Notes under the pieces: model-generated
Databases searched by the model: none
What the model saw: the letters and a program-made list of their open reading frames with translations, nothing else
Told to the model about the DNA's origin: nothing
Source of the DNA: Callorhinchus milii
Lineage: Eukaryota
Direction: 5' to 3'
Assembly: GCF_018977255.1 (NCBI RefSeq)
Contig: NW_024704742.1
Coordinates: 35,962,001-36,026,000 of the forward strand
DNA: 64,000 bases
In this document: positions 48,738 to 62,035 of the stretch, in pieces
How positions within the stretch are numbered: the stretch's first letter is position 1
Layout: every line of letters starts with the position of its first letter
Made by a program: the position numbers and the translations under genes

Positions 48738-50760
48738 CCTTGGAACCTTAGCCAGAAGATGGGGAGAAAGATTAATGTCTTCTTTTGCTGTCAGAAGTCT
48801 GCTATACAGAGAATTCCCTTGTTGATTCCAGGTCCAGATACTGAGAACAGCAGTTACTGTTTGTCAGTTTTGCAGTGTGCAATCCCTGAGGAGGGCTGCA
48901 CTCTATTTGCCTCTGCGAGGAAAACAGAGGTTCTTCCCTCCCACACTAACCCTTTGTACCTCAAATCCACCTGACAGTAGATTTTAGACATGGGCTGCAG
49001 GAAATCCTTTGGCTGCACACCTTGAAATACACAATGGAGCATAATCTGAGCTCCTGTTTAAAACACTACAAGTGTAAGCTGCATTAGTACATTACTTTAG
49101 TTGAGGAGAAGTGATATAAACCAAAGTGCCCTTTGCCTCCTCTCTGTACTCTCCCAATGAACAACGTCCAAGCAAATGTTGGCATCATTTGACCAGGACT
49201 CCATCGATATTGAAATAAATCTATCAACAAGGTCCAAATGTTATAAAACGTTTTGCTGGGGAAGAGTTTTCAATGGATACTTTTGATCAAAGATCATCAG
49301 GGTTTTATACCTGCCATAAAGGTAGTGAATGAATCCACCAAGATTTCCCAATCTTAAATGTAATTCTGTTTGTAAAGTTATGAAGCTTTCATAAACAGAA
49401 ATTAATCTACCAAAGTTATCAGCCTAGGAACTGATTACAATACATTGTTTGAAGAGCACCATGCTGAATAAAGCAGCTCACTCATACCACTTAAAATCTC
49501 AAAAGAACATTAATGATAAGTTTCTCATCAAAGTCAATCTGATAACTCTGCTCATTACCGTATAATAGTGTCTTGGAACTAAGTATGACAACAATGTGAC
49601 AAAGTATATGAGAATGTCTTTTATGTCTCCACCCTCTCTGCTCTCCACCCCTCCTGATCCCAACCCCCAGCTCGGGTGCAAATCTTTGACTGTCCAGCGC
49701 CTTGGGACGTGCTTCCGATGTGAAAGGTGCAACAAATTTATTCAAATGTTGTTGTGGTGGTAATCTGAAGACTTCCAGGACTGGAGAGGAAAGAAATTCG
49801 ATTGTAAACTAAAATAATGAGTGCCAACGAGTATTTCCTTTCAGAAATGTTATACTGTTGGTAATAAACCATCCAACTGAATGCAATGTGAAATCATTTA
49901 AATGATTCTGGTTAAAAGTGAAAAAGAGCTACTCGACCTTTACCAATGAACCAGTTGTTATTGCTGGGAGCAAACTTGCTTAAAAAGAAATACTTTTCAA
50001 ATCGGATGAACTTGCAACTTTTGCCCAAGTGAGGTCCTGGCACATCGTAGGTACCAAGTACAGGTAGGGAATATCCTCCTCATACACAACTTTGTAACTC
50101 ACCATAGAGTGGTCGATCAGTCTGCCCAACTTCTTAGCCTTGTTCCTAGGGATGATTTTGCTGGTGAAAAAGAAAGGGCAGAGAAAAAAGGTCTCTGAAA
50201 CGAGAGGACATTGCTCTCAGATTAATGTAAAAACATAATTGATATATATCAAATAAATAGTTCCAATCCCATTTTAAACGAATTATAAGTGTGTGCAAGT
50301 TATAGCGTTCTGGACAAGTGCTCCTGGAATCTACCCCGGTGAAGGGTGCTATATAAATGCAAGTTGTTGTTGAAGTGGTCGTTGTTTGCATTTTAATTGT
50401 AGCAGCTGGAAGCATTGTGAAAGTGATAGAGATGAGTACCCTAAGAGAATATCAGATATCAGATGCAATTCTGTCAATTGACTTGCTGCATTATTAATGT
50501 GCAGTGATGTGATGAATCATAATTTATGTTTAAATAATTTACTCTCATAGTATGACTTGTTCTGTGTAACCAATATGTTGCCTTGACTCCTGTCGTGATA
50601 TGAGTCATGATAACTCAGTTGTAGCTCTAGAGTCATAGGTGGTTGGATTAAGTTAGTTGTCAGGAACTGAAGGGAGTCAGTCGGCATCACAATGACATAA
50701 GGCATCACAAGTGCCAAGTTCTGAACATCAGAGGAACGTAAGTCAAAGCTTAATATTCAG

Positions 50761-51043
50761 TGGAGTCCTGTAGAGTAATGGTTAGAGCGCTTGCAAGAGA
50801 GGACCCGGGTTCAATTCTCGGGCATCGTTAAACCTCAGGCACTTTTCCTTCCTCCGCACATTTCTGTTTACCTAGCAGTAACTAGGAACCCAGTTGTTAG
50901 TCAATTGGTGGAACGCTTTCCAAGGGTAATAATCCTTCTAATAAAATAAAAAATATGGACACTCAATCCATATTCGCTGCGTTTTGCCCACAAAATATAC
51001 AGTCAATTCACTCTATACTATATTCTGTGAACCTCTTTGAAAC
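50761..51043 (+). mobile_element. tRNA-derived SINE, longer subfamily, abutting the L2
   Basis: GGAGTCCTGTAG head and shared body. Confidence 0.8.
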
Positions 51044-51044
51044 A

Positions 51045-52805
51045 TGCTAGACTTCCTTGAATCTAAAGTTGAGGGGATCTGCTCTGTTGCCTCTGCCCAT
51101 CCGTCTACTACCCTCACTCCATCTCTCCCTCTCACCCCATGCCCTACCTATCCTTCCCTCCACACCCTCAAACCTGTCTCCCACTCCTCTCACCACCATT
51201 ATAACCCGCATGAAACCGGCCACCTGCTCCCTCGACCCCATCCCTACCCCTCTCCTTATCTCCCAGCTCCACGTCCTTGCCTACTCACAGACATAATAAA
51301 CCTCTGCCTGTTCACTGGCACTGTGTCCACCCCATTAAAAACGGACGTTATCACTCCTATCCTTAAAAGGTTCTCCTTGGACCCATCACTGCTCTCAAAG
51401 TACCGCCCCATCTCCAAACTCCTTTCTTCTCCAAGGTCCTGGAACAAATCGTTGCTTCAGTTCGCTCCTTCCTCTCCCGCCATTCCCTTCACGAAGCCCC
51501 TCCAATCGGGTTTCCGTGCCACCCACAGCACAGAAACAGCCTGGTCAAAGTGACAAATGACATTCTGTCCATCTGCAACCAGGGCTCCTTCTGCCTCCTC
51601 GCCTTGACCTCTCTGCTGCCTTCGACACTGTTGATTACTCTATCCTCATCCACCACATCTCCTCTCAACTCAACCTTCACGGCTCTGTCCTTGACTGCTT
51701 CAGATCGTATCTCTCATACCGCCTCCACTTCGTCTCCACAAACGGTTTCTCCTCTAGCCCCCGCACTGTCTCGTGCAGTGTTCCTCAGAGCTCTGTCCTT
51801 GGTCCGTCTCCTCTTCAATATCTAGATGCTCCCTTTTGGTGACATCAGCCACAGACTTCCACTTCCACATTTATGCGGATGACACCCAACTGTACCTCTC
51901 TGCCTCTACCCTTGACTCCAGGACCATTGCTGTCCTGACAGAATGTCTGTTAGACATCAAGTCCTGGATGAGAGCTAACTTTCTTCAGTTAAACGTCAAC
52001 AAGACCGAGGCTCTACTGATTGGTTCCCGTCAGCCCCTCCTCACCTCAGGCGCTAACAGCATCACCATCCATGGATCCACACCTCACTTTACTAAGCAAG
52101 TTCAGAACCTTGGCATCTTCCTTTCTGCCTCACATCCATGCCATGACCCGCTCTGTCTTCCCCCACCTCCGCAACATTGCCCGGCTCCATCACTGTATCA
52201 CACCGCAGGCGGCCAAAACCCTCATAACATCCAGGCTTGACTTTGCAACTCCTTGCTTGTCGGCCTCCCCAACTCCTCCCTCGATAGACTGCAGATCATC
52301 CAGAACTCTGCAGCCCATGTCCTCTCCCGCTCCAGGTTCCGTGACCCTATCACCCCATCCTCACCGGACTCCACTGACTTCCCATCACACAGAGGATACA
52401 GTTCAAGATCCTGGTCACCACCTTCAAAGCCCTCCATTGCCTCGTTCCCCTCTACCTCTGCAACCTCCTAACCCCCTACCATCCTGCCTGCTCACTCCGC
52501 TCAGTGGGCTCCGACCTGCTTCACGTACCACGCCTCTCCCGTCCCATCATTGGTGAGCGGGCCTTCTGCCACTCTGCCCCCACTCTCTGGAACTCCATCT
52601 CGCAGTCCCTTTGCCTCGCCCCCTCCTTTTCCTCCTTCAAGACCCATCTCAAGAGCCTCCTCTGCTTCTGATTACCTTGCTTCCCCTGCCCTCCACCCTC
52701 CCCAACCCCGACCCCCAGCTCAGGTCTGAAACACTGACTGTCTAGCGCCTTGCGATGTCCTCCCGACGTGAGAGACGCTATATAAATGCAATGTTGTTGT
52801 TGTCG
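51045..52805 (+). mobile_element. L2-clade LINE, 5'-truncated, decayed ORF2 (RT) with (TTG)n tail
   Basis: Fragments read [34 protein letters not shown] and [15 protein letters not shown]; 3' end GCTATATAAATGCAATGTTGTTGTTG. Confidence 0.92.
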
Positions 52806-54306
52806 TCTCAATGACATCATGAGGCGCTATATCAAATAATGATAATAATCCTTGCATTTAATATAACGCCCTATCATGCCATCGAGACGTTTCAAAGCTC
52901 TTCACAGAATATACTGTAAAGTGTAGTGACTCTGTGTTTTGTGGGAGAAATACAGCAGCCAATTGCACACAGCAGTGGTCCCACACACAGCCATGGATTG
53001 AGTGATCACATTACGCTCTAAGTAACGTAATCTTTGAAATCCTTTGAAGCTTATTATGTTGATAGAATATTTTATTTTTCAAGTGGAGTATTAAAAAGCT
53101 GTATTGTTCTCAATATTTAAGAATGCTTGAATCAAATCCTTCTCTCTTTCCCCAGCTGCTGCCATACATCTCATATTCCCTCCCTACAAGCTATAGTCTT
53201 GCTCAATTTGGAAAGTACCTTATACACAAAGGGACAAGTCAACTCATTTTCATCTACTAAATACATCAGAAGCCTAGGATGGGTAACAAATGTGCCTTCT
53301 GCATATTTTTGGAATACATAGTGCTATAATTCAAATTATGCCAACCCAAACTTTGTAATTTCCCTTTAAAATAATAATAATAATCCTTGCATTTGATATA
53401 GTGCTTTTCCTGTCTTCGAGGCATCTCAAAGCGCTTCGCAGAATATCCTGTACAAAGGAGAGATAATTTTATTTTAAATAAAAAGGGGTTGATCAGCCAT
53501 ATATATCAATCCATCACTATCTGTGGGACATTGCTGTGCGCAATTGGCAGCCAGTTCCGCCCACAAAATATACAGTCAATTCACTTTACAGTATGTTCTG
53601 TGAAGCACTTTGAGACGTTGAAGACGTGATAAGAAGCTATATCAAATGCAAGGATAATTATTACTGTTATGTTACACATTGAATTTCCCTTTGCTGGCTT
53701 TGAGTAATTTCTATGTGCAGGTAAGTGTATGCCTTAGCCAGATCTTAGCTGTATGTGTTGCCCTTTCATTTTGAAAATGAGCACAAAGGAAATGTTTTAA
53801 GAAACTAACTTCTGCCTCTGTATAGCCAGGACTGCAGTCATCAGTTCAATGTTATTTGGCCAATGCACTTATACTATACCACATACAAAAGAGGAAGAAT
53901 AACCACTTGAGTTAATATATTCTTAGTCATAAGAACATAAGAAAGCATGGAACCACAAAAGGCCATTCTCAATCTGCCCCCTCCACAGACACACTTCCCT
54001 TGGCAATAGACTCTCAGAATTTTAAAGGACTAAATTAGACTCCTGTTCAATCCTTTGCAAATCTGATGAATTTCGAATCAGATGATGTTGCTACTGTGTT
54101 TGTCAGATAAAGCTAAGGTTTCAGTGTGTGAAAATCAAATGTTGACGAACAGGCCGTAGTCACATCTAAATTAGCAGCACAATTTGCTACACTTTCATAG
54201 ACTGAAGCAAAATAGACACAAGTCAATATTTCCACACAAAAGAAATCAAGAATTATTACTAAAAAAAATTGTCCTGAATCGAAAAATGCAAAATACCCCA
54301 CAGCTG

Positions 54307-54324
54307 GTGGCGCCCTCTGCTGAT
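54307..54324 (-). promoter_or_regulatory. CTCF-like motif TCAGCAGAGGGCGCCAC
   Basis: Visual match to the CTCF core; a GC-rich, CpG-containing word in AT-rich unique sequence. Confidence 0.6.
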
Positions 54325-55792
54325 TACAATGTGATTTTCAATTCAACAACAGAAACTTCAAAGAAAATCATTTATTCATTTATCAACACGATTTTTATGT
54401 TAATTCGCAGGCTTAGGACGTGCAGCATCTGGTGAAAGTCGAACATATTTGATGTTCCTTAAATTTGCTAGGTCAAGCATCTCAATAAATATTAATGTTA
54501 CTTTTTGAATAATTGAAGCCAACAAATTTGTTGATGTGGGTGAAGTGCTACAGTATTCTCTAGTCACTTCTATAAATGTGGCCTTTTGCTCTTAAAAATA
54601 AATGCAACACCATTTTAAAGTGGCACTATACATGTAAATTTAAATTATAATTTAAAAAATACATAGCATTTATTTATAGATGTACATGGATAAATTTGCT
54701 GAACATACCAGTTCAAAACAGATTTAGCTTAATGGAACATACTAAGTAAAATGACCATCTACAATTTCCAACTGCTTCTCTTTCCACCTTGAATGTGGTA
54801 CATTCAGGCCTCAATTTGATGAGAAGATCTCCATTAATAGAGCTGCCCTGACAATAGGATTTTCTGCATGCGACTCGCCGCATGTTGGATGTTGGATATA
54901 AGAATGGAGAAGTGATAGCAAAAGCGAAATCAAATGCAAATTTCTTGAAAGCTAACAGCGCCTCAGGTTTGTGTTAAACACCTTCTAGGGCATTATTGAT
55001 ATTAGCAAGAGTGCACTGTTTAATGTAATCTAAACATGTACGTAAATTGATCTGACGTTATGTTCTTCTGTTATACAGTAATATGGGTAAGATTATGTCT
55101 GTGGCAAGGATGGGTTAAATGTGAGGTCAAGACTGGAGGAATCAGAATTGGTATGAAACAAATATCCTGCTTAAATGTCACATTGCACTTAAATTTTTTG
55201 GAATTGCACCTTTGGAGAGTGTTCAACCACATAACACATCGTCATTGCACTTTACAGTATATCCTGTGAAGCGCTTTAGGATGTTCTCCCAACATGAAAG
55301 GGCTACACTAAATGTAAGGATTATTATTACTATTATAGTAACCTGGACAGGAATCCCTTTCAAATAATTTCAAAGAATTCTAGTTAACTAAAATGTTTAT
55401 TATATTTAAATAGCTTTGATGGGCAACCGCACCCAAGAGAGTTTGATTTTGTTCAACTTTTAGCACCCCATATTAAAAAGGGGAAAGCAATGCAACCGGT
55501 TTATTAAAATAACTTTTTTTGGGTCAGCTGGGTGTCTGACACCTGCGGAAATCCCTCACAATGAGTTCTTGGCAAGAACCAAGGCTTAAAACTTCTTTGG
55601 CATGCTACTCAGGTATAAACCACTTGGTGGCACAAGAGAACATGCTATAGCAATGTGCATACATATTGATTCCTCTGTACCAACAAGGACCATTTTTTCA
55701 TTGTAATTATTTGTTGCAGACCGCTACAGGATTTACTTTTCTTGCTACAAACTTATTCTGCAAATGGTTTGGACTCTTTTGGTTTTATCATG

Positions 55793-56198
55793 TAGGTGTC
55801 AGCCTGGCAGCACTTTCACTTCTAAGTTGGAAGGTTGTGGCTTCATATGGCCTTTGAACTGTGTGATCCAGACTGACACTTGAAAACAGTGCCGGGGAGT
55901 ACTGCATTGCTGGAGGTGTCATCCTTCAAATGAAAAGTTACATCAAAGTTCCGTCTGCCTGTTCAGGTGGATGTAAAATATCCCATTACACTATTTGACA
56001 AAAGAAGGCAGATTCTCCCAATGAACTTGGTTTGCTCATTAATTTCATGGCTGTTTGTGGGACATTGCTGTGTGCAAATTGATTGCTGCATTTGCTACAA
56101 CATACACAGTCACTATCCTTCACAGTAAATCCTGTGAAGCGCTTGGAGATGGCCTCATGAGTTGAAAGAAGTTATGTCAAATGCAAGTATTATTATTA
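55793..56198 (+). mobile_element. Deu-domain SINE, near full length
   Basis: Head AGGTGTCAGCCTGGC, Deu core and (ATT)n tail. Confidence 0.75.
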
Positions 56199-56751
56199 TG
56201 AGGATTCTTTAACGTCTTTTCTTGTCCTCCGATTAGATGTTTTGCCCCCTGTTAATGGTAAAGATTAATAGATCAAAAATGTCTCCAGATTTATTGTTCA
56301 GATTTGAATAGATGAAGCATTTCTCCAGTTGAAACATGGTAGTAGAACATATTTGTGATTGCAGCATTACTTCTGTGTCTGACCCCTAAATGCACAAGCA
56401 TCAATAATGAATGATCTTGACTGTCATGTGGATTGAACCATGTCATGTAAACAACCCACTGTGAGCAACAATTTGTAAATGTCAAGGAATCACCTTATAA
56501 ATCATTTGGTTAAGGTGAAGGTGTAAGGACTATTAGTAACATGATTGTGCCTTTCTGTCCACTCCTACTGCATTTAAAGACGCCAAATCCCTTTCTTTTT
56601 GGTTAGCTGTGTGTCTGACACATGTAGAAAACTATCACCAAGCTTAAGAGTACCCAAACCAGACTGAACGTTCCATACATCCCACTTCCACGTGGAAATT
56701 CCAAAGATGTTTATTGGAATGGACAGTACATTCTCTCCCTGGAGGGACCAC

Positions 56752-57130
56752 ATCTTGTAGCTCAGTGGAATCCTGAATCGCGGAAGGCAATTGCTCACAG
56801 CAGTGACCCACAAACAGTCGTGAACAAATTGAATGACCAAATTATTATTATTATTTTTTGTTGAGGGATTATTATCCCCAGAAAAGCGATCTGCCAATTG
56901 ACTAACAACCGGGTTCCTATTTACTGCCAGGTAAACAGAGGCGTGTGGCGTAAGGAATCTTGCCCCACATTTTGCCCTGCTGGGAATAGAACCCAAGTCT
57001 CTTGCTTGCGAGGCGAGTGTCTAACACCTGAGCTACAGGATTCCACAAGAGACACTTAGAGACGCTTTGAAGACACCTCTGAGATGTGATAAGGCGCTAT
57101 ATCAAATGCAAGGATTATTATTATTATTAT
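56752..57130. mobile_element. SINE with inverted 5' portion inserted into the unclassified repeat
   Basis: Head and body on the minus strand (about 56787-57047), tail on the plus strand (about 57060-57130); the host repeat resumes at 57131. Confidence 0.75.
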
Positions 57131-58269
57131 CCTGCTCACCTAATTCTGGAAAGTATTAGGTGCATCTTGGCAAGAGCCAAGGCTTGAGGACCTCAGAGTG
57201 TGCGTTGGGGTACTGCTGGAGTCTAAACAGCTAAAACAAATGCATAGCTTGCCATTGACGGCACTGTCTGTTAATTTCCCCCCAGCCTTGTCCATCGAGG
57301 ACCATCTTCCTATCCACAGCTGGGACACACATCCCTTCCCATTGTGCAATAGGAAGGGATTTCCCATTTCCATTTAAAATGTTTTGAGCCATATTAGGGC
57401 TTCCAGGTCACTGCTGTTATCCAGACAAGAAAAAACACACCTATAAGTTGATTTTCTTTTGGTGTCAGGTGTCTCGCACTAACCCTTGCACTAAATAACC
57501 TTTAAGAATATCCTCTAAAATTTACTTTGTAAATACTGATTAAAATAATAGTTTTGAGGGATACTTACTTTAACCTCAGGCGAGGAAGGAGAAAGTCAGC
57601 CAAAGTTTCTGCGATTGATCACTACTCAGCATTCCTTGCTGGAAAGTGTATGTGTGAGTATTGGGAGAAGACTGGATTCCAGCTGTGATGCCCTTCAGGC
57701 TCTCATTGCCCAGGCTCTAATGTAAAAAGAATAACCAATTGGGCAGGATACTGATACTGCCAATAATTTAGAACTAATTGGCATAAGTTTACACTAGAAA
57801 TGCTCCCAGTAACTGGTCTGACCCTCCAAGACCTACCGACAAGTTAGGCTAGCAGTCTGTCAATGGCAGAGCACTGGAGTACTGCGAACCCGCCTGGCTC
57901 AGGAATTGGGACGACTGAGACCGTCGATGAGAGTTGACTCAATTCCAACATTTAATTGCCATACATGTCACCTTGGAGCCAATTCAGCTCCAAAAAGACC
58001 CCTTAGCTCCCCCAAGAATAGTGACATGTTGGACATATAATATTCCATGCAAATATATTCCCTCCACATCTGAGTGGAGTTGGAGCACTCGTGAAGCCCG
58101 TTGGCTGAATCTAGTGTATCCATTTGGAATTAAATCAACACATCATGTCAGCGTTTGTGTGAAGAGAATTCGATGTAAAACTTATTCATTAAATTCTCAG
58201 GTGATTTTCGGAGAGGAGAGCGGTTCTACGATGCGGGTTTAATGCAGGTGGGAGCACAAGGTAAGAGAC

Positions 58270-58715
58270 ACCGCAGAGACCCAGAGGAGGTACCCTTCTT
58301 GTTGGTTTATATTTCCCGGATCTAACAGAACTCCAGATGACTTTGTGATTAGCTTCAGTAATAAGCCAGAATGGATCTTGGCTGCAGCTCTGCCACAACT
58401 CCTACTCTGTCTCTGCGCACAAAGGTCACAGCAGCTCTCACTTCTTTTTGCCTGAGGCTTATTTCAGATAACTGGGAGGCATATCTGGTGTCAACCAAGT
58501 ATCCCGGTTCCACTGGATGTCTCAGGTGACTGCTGCTATTGTTAAGAGAGCAAGTAATTATACTAGTTTCCAAGAGGCCAGAAGCAGCAGCAGGTCAGAT
58601 GCCAGTAGAAGCAGAAGGCAGTGTTTTAGAGCTGCCTGTCACCCAATGACTGCACACATTACTGTCACACTGATATCCTTCAGGAAGCAGCTGGATCCAT
58701 GAATATTCAGGCTCC
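58270..58715 (+). mobile_element. Decayed PIF/Harbinger (HARBI1-like) transposase fragment
   Basis: Frame-shifted motifs in the expected order: RRYP, FPDLTELQ, KVTAAL, GISGVNQ...SQVTAAIVKRASNYTSF, DCTH (about 58648-58659), FRK...SMNIQ. Confidence 0.7.
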
Positions 58716-59439
58716 TCCGTATAATCTGATGAGAACTGTGAAAGCAAAACATGTGGTGACTTTGCCTTTGTCGAAACTCTGTATTTGAAGTGTGTGCTTC
58801 CATATGTGCCTGTGTCACATTGTAACGTGCCTCTATTATTAGATTTGAGAGGAAAAAAATAGGTTAGCATTCTCACTCCTACCCAATGATTCCCTACCCC
58901 CACCAGTCTGCTCAAAAAGGACACACTGTGTTGATGTTGAGTGAGGACAGGACTGGGAATTGGCTGTAAAGCCTCCTTCTCTCCAATCACCAGCTGTGTT
59001 GCCAACAGGGGCTCACCATTTGGAATCATATGAAGAATATTCACCTGGGTGAGCCAGCTGAAGGTTGGCTAGTGCTTGCAGAAGTGTATTCTCGAGTCAT
59101 GACATTCAGGGAAGGAGAGAAAAAGCAGAGCAACCTGGGAAAATGTAAATCACTTTGACGCAGCTCTCTGTTAGTACAAGAACCTGACATGGGTGGGCCG
59201 TACAACATGTATTGTAAGTGATTTAATAATCCCTCTTATGGATGGAAACCTTCTCAATGAACGTTCAGTCACATAAACGCACTAGAAAGAATATGTGGAA
59301 CGAGTTCATTGCTACTCACAGAGGTCAGTGTCAATGGCGTGATCGGGAATCAGAACTATCCACCAGTTTATAGTCAGTTCACTGGCTATTCCCAATGAGA
59401 AATTGTAGGTAGTTGCACCGGTTCATGAGTCAGTGACTT

Positions 59440-59720
59440 GTGGGGATCAAAATTAAGACAGTTAGCAAGGTAGCAGAGGGGAGATTAGGATTTATTTTAC
59501 ACAGAGGTGTTAGAATGTGGAATGGACCGCAGGGCGTGGTGTCAAGGCAGGATATATTTTAGCTTTAAAGAGTGAATGAGATAGATATCTAAAAAGGAAA
59601 AATCTAAAGTGATAAGGCGAAAAAAACAGGTAAATGGGATTAAACAATTTGCTCTTTCAAAGAGCCAACACTGACATGATGACCTGCTTCTGTGCGGTAA
59701 ATTACTGCGGTTCTGTGATC
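59440..59720 (+). mobile_element. Old CR1 3' fragment
   Basis: TTTTACACAGAGGTGTTAGAATGTGGAATG (FTQRVVRMWN-like) followed by CR1-type 3'UTR. Confidence 0.65.
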
Positions 59721-62035
59721 GAACTGTTATCTTATTTTTCCCACAATATCTGTCATAGTGTTTTGTTGGAAGAAAAGACATGAAGCATATAATGATTGAG
59801 TAAAAGTCTACTGACATTTTTAATTCATATGTTTTTGCACAAGGTGTCATTTAGACACATCTACTGATCTCTCCATATTCAACATTTCTGTGAGCAGACC
59901 ATGGGCATTTTTGTAACAGTAGAAACGTCTGCATAGTCAGAACAGTTATACAAGATATAGGCTAAAGTGATTCACTTTTACTGAAAGCTCCTAGATGTGC
60001 TGAGGAACTCTGAAAGCAAAAGTGCAGCAGATAATGAAGCAATATGAAAGAAATGTCAATGTGAGATCAAGTCTAGTCAACAGCTGGGATGGAAATGACA
60101 ATACTGAAATTCTCAGAGGTAAACCACTAAATTAGTTTCCTTTTCCAACTTTGGGGTCTGAACGTTCAGAAACTAAAAGGATTTCTCACCCTTTGTAGGT
60201 TCTGCCAGGTGCTGCCCTGTGCATACGTCACACCCCAATTGTGGCCTCTCTGTCACCAAACCCATGTTTTGTTTTGCAGAACCACATCACCTGGTCACGG
60301 GTCATTTTGAGGAGAGCAAGATACCAGCTGCTACAGTCAATTGTCAGTGAGAAATCAGTCAGAGATTAAATAGAAAAGCTCATTCAAAGCATCACTTTAA
60401 ACCCTTTAAACTCTATCGTAACCCAACACTAAGGGTATGGATTTTGGGGGTTTGAGTGTTAAGGAGCTAGTTTTGTCAGCATTTAGCTATTTATATTTTG
60501 GTATTTGTGGAGCAAAACATTTATAACAGGATCTACTTGTTGACACATCTCGGCGAGTTGTTTAGGGAACATTTGACATATTTCCACTCCACTAAGCAGC
60601 TTGGATTAGACATTATACCCGTCTACATTGTGCCTATTACTCATTGCTCCCCCTCCTCTGCACCTTATCGAATACAATCACATTCCCACCCCAAAGGCAA
60701 GTGGTATTGACTTTGTAGAAACAACAGCTTGCATTGATAATAGTGTCCATCGTGAGGGGTAGCATCTCAGAACGCTTGAAATATCTGGTGTTGTACACAA
60801 TGCTGATGGAAATAATGCGTCCTTTGATTTTAGAGGATAGAGAGTGCCTTTTCACTTGAGCACCAAGTTTTGCTCACAAAATATAGTCAATTCATTTTAC
60901 AATATATCCTGTGAAGCGCTTTGAGACGTCTCAAAAATGTGAGAAGGCGCTACATCAAATGCAAGGATTATTAATACTATATTTGACAAATGTAACCTCC
61001 AATTCCATTTTACTTTCAAGTTGCAACATTTGATCTTAGATCTTTGCCTTCGCTGTAGCAGCTCATTCCTGCCAAGCCTCACCCGCATGATTGTGGTGAG
61101 GGGTGATTTGGGAAATATCTAACTTGCTGTTCTGCTGTAGTCGGAAGATATCTAGAGCATATATGAAATTCTATTATATGAATATGATAGATTTCCAGAA
61201 ACTCGATCGATCACAGGAATTCAGTGTTTGGATCTGCAGCAAGTTACTTTGGCCCAGCGGGACACCCAGGCAAAACATTGGTGTGTTTGAATTCGGGCTG
61301 AAGACACTGTAATACTCATGAGAGCTGATTAATTGGGATATGAAACACATTTGCAGGCCTGAAAGATATGTCTTTTTTTAACGTTCCAGCAATCAGAAAG
61401 TTAAAGTCACTTAGGAAAAGAGTTAATAATATTATGGGTCTCACAGTGTATTGTCTAGAATCTAAGTTCATTCAGCAGTGTGGAAGCTGATCAATGTATG
61501 ATCCAGCACATTTTTAAGGGAAAAATGGTTCCAGCAATTAGAATGTGATCTCAATGAAAAATCCTCAAACTCACATTATCGTATTTTATACAAAACGATT
61601 ATATTATGTAAATCTTCAACATTTTCTGTGATGTACGTTTGCCAGATTATCACAAAATCTGCAATATGAAGACATCTGATGCAGGCAATGAACAAAGTGA
61701 GAATGAAATCAAATACAAACATCTTAACTTAAGTACCGGTGTACAGTTGTTGGAAATAGTTTATTGCCTGGTGTCAATTGGATAAGCAATTATTTTAGCA
61801 ATTGTTTTAGCATTTATTGGCTTTAACGCTGCTTAGTGTGGATTGTCGCAAAAAATGCATTTGCTTATAACTGTGTTCAGATTTTAACATGTAAAAATCT
61901 AGCGACCACCCACCCCCCGCAACCCCATTTGCTGCAAAACACTTGCTTTGTACTGAGTCAGTGTGTGTCAGTGGCCACATTAATGTGGCACTAATATCTC
62001 TTTTAATTTATGCCCATCATAAATGGGCATCATTG

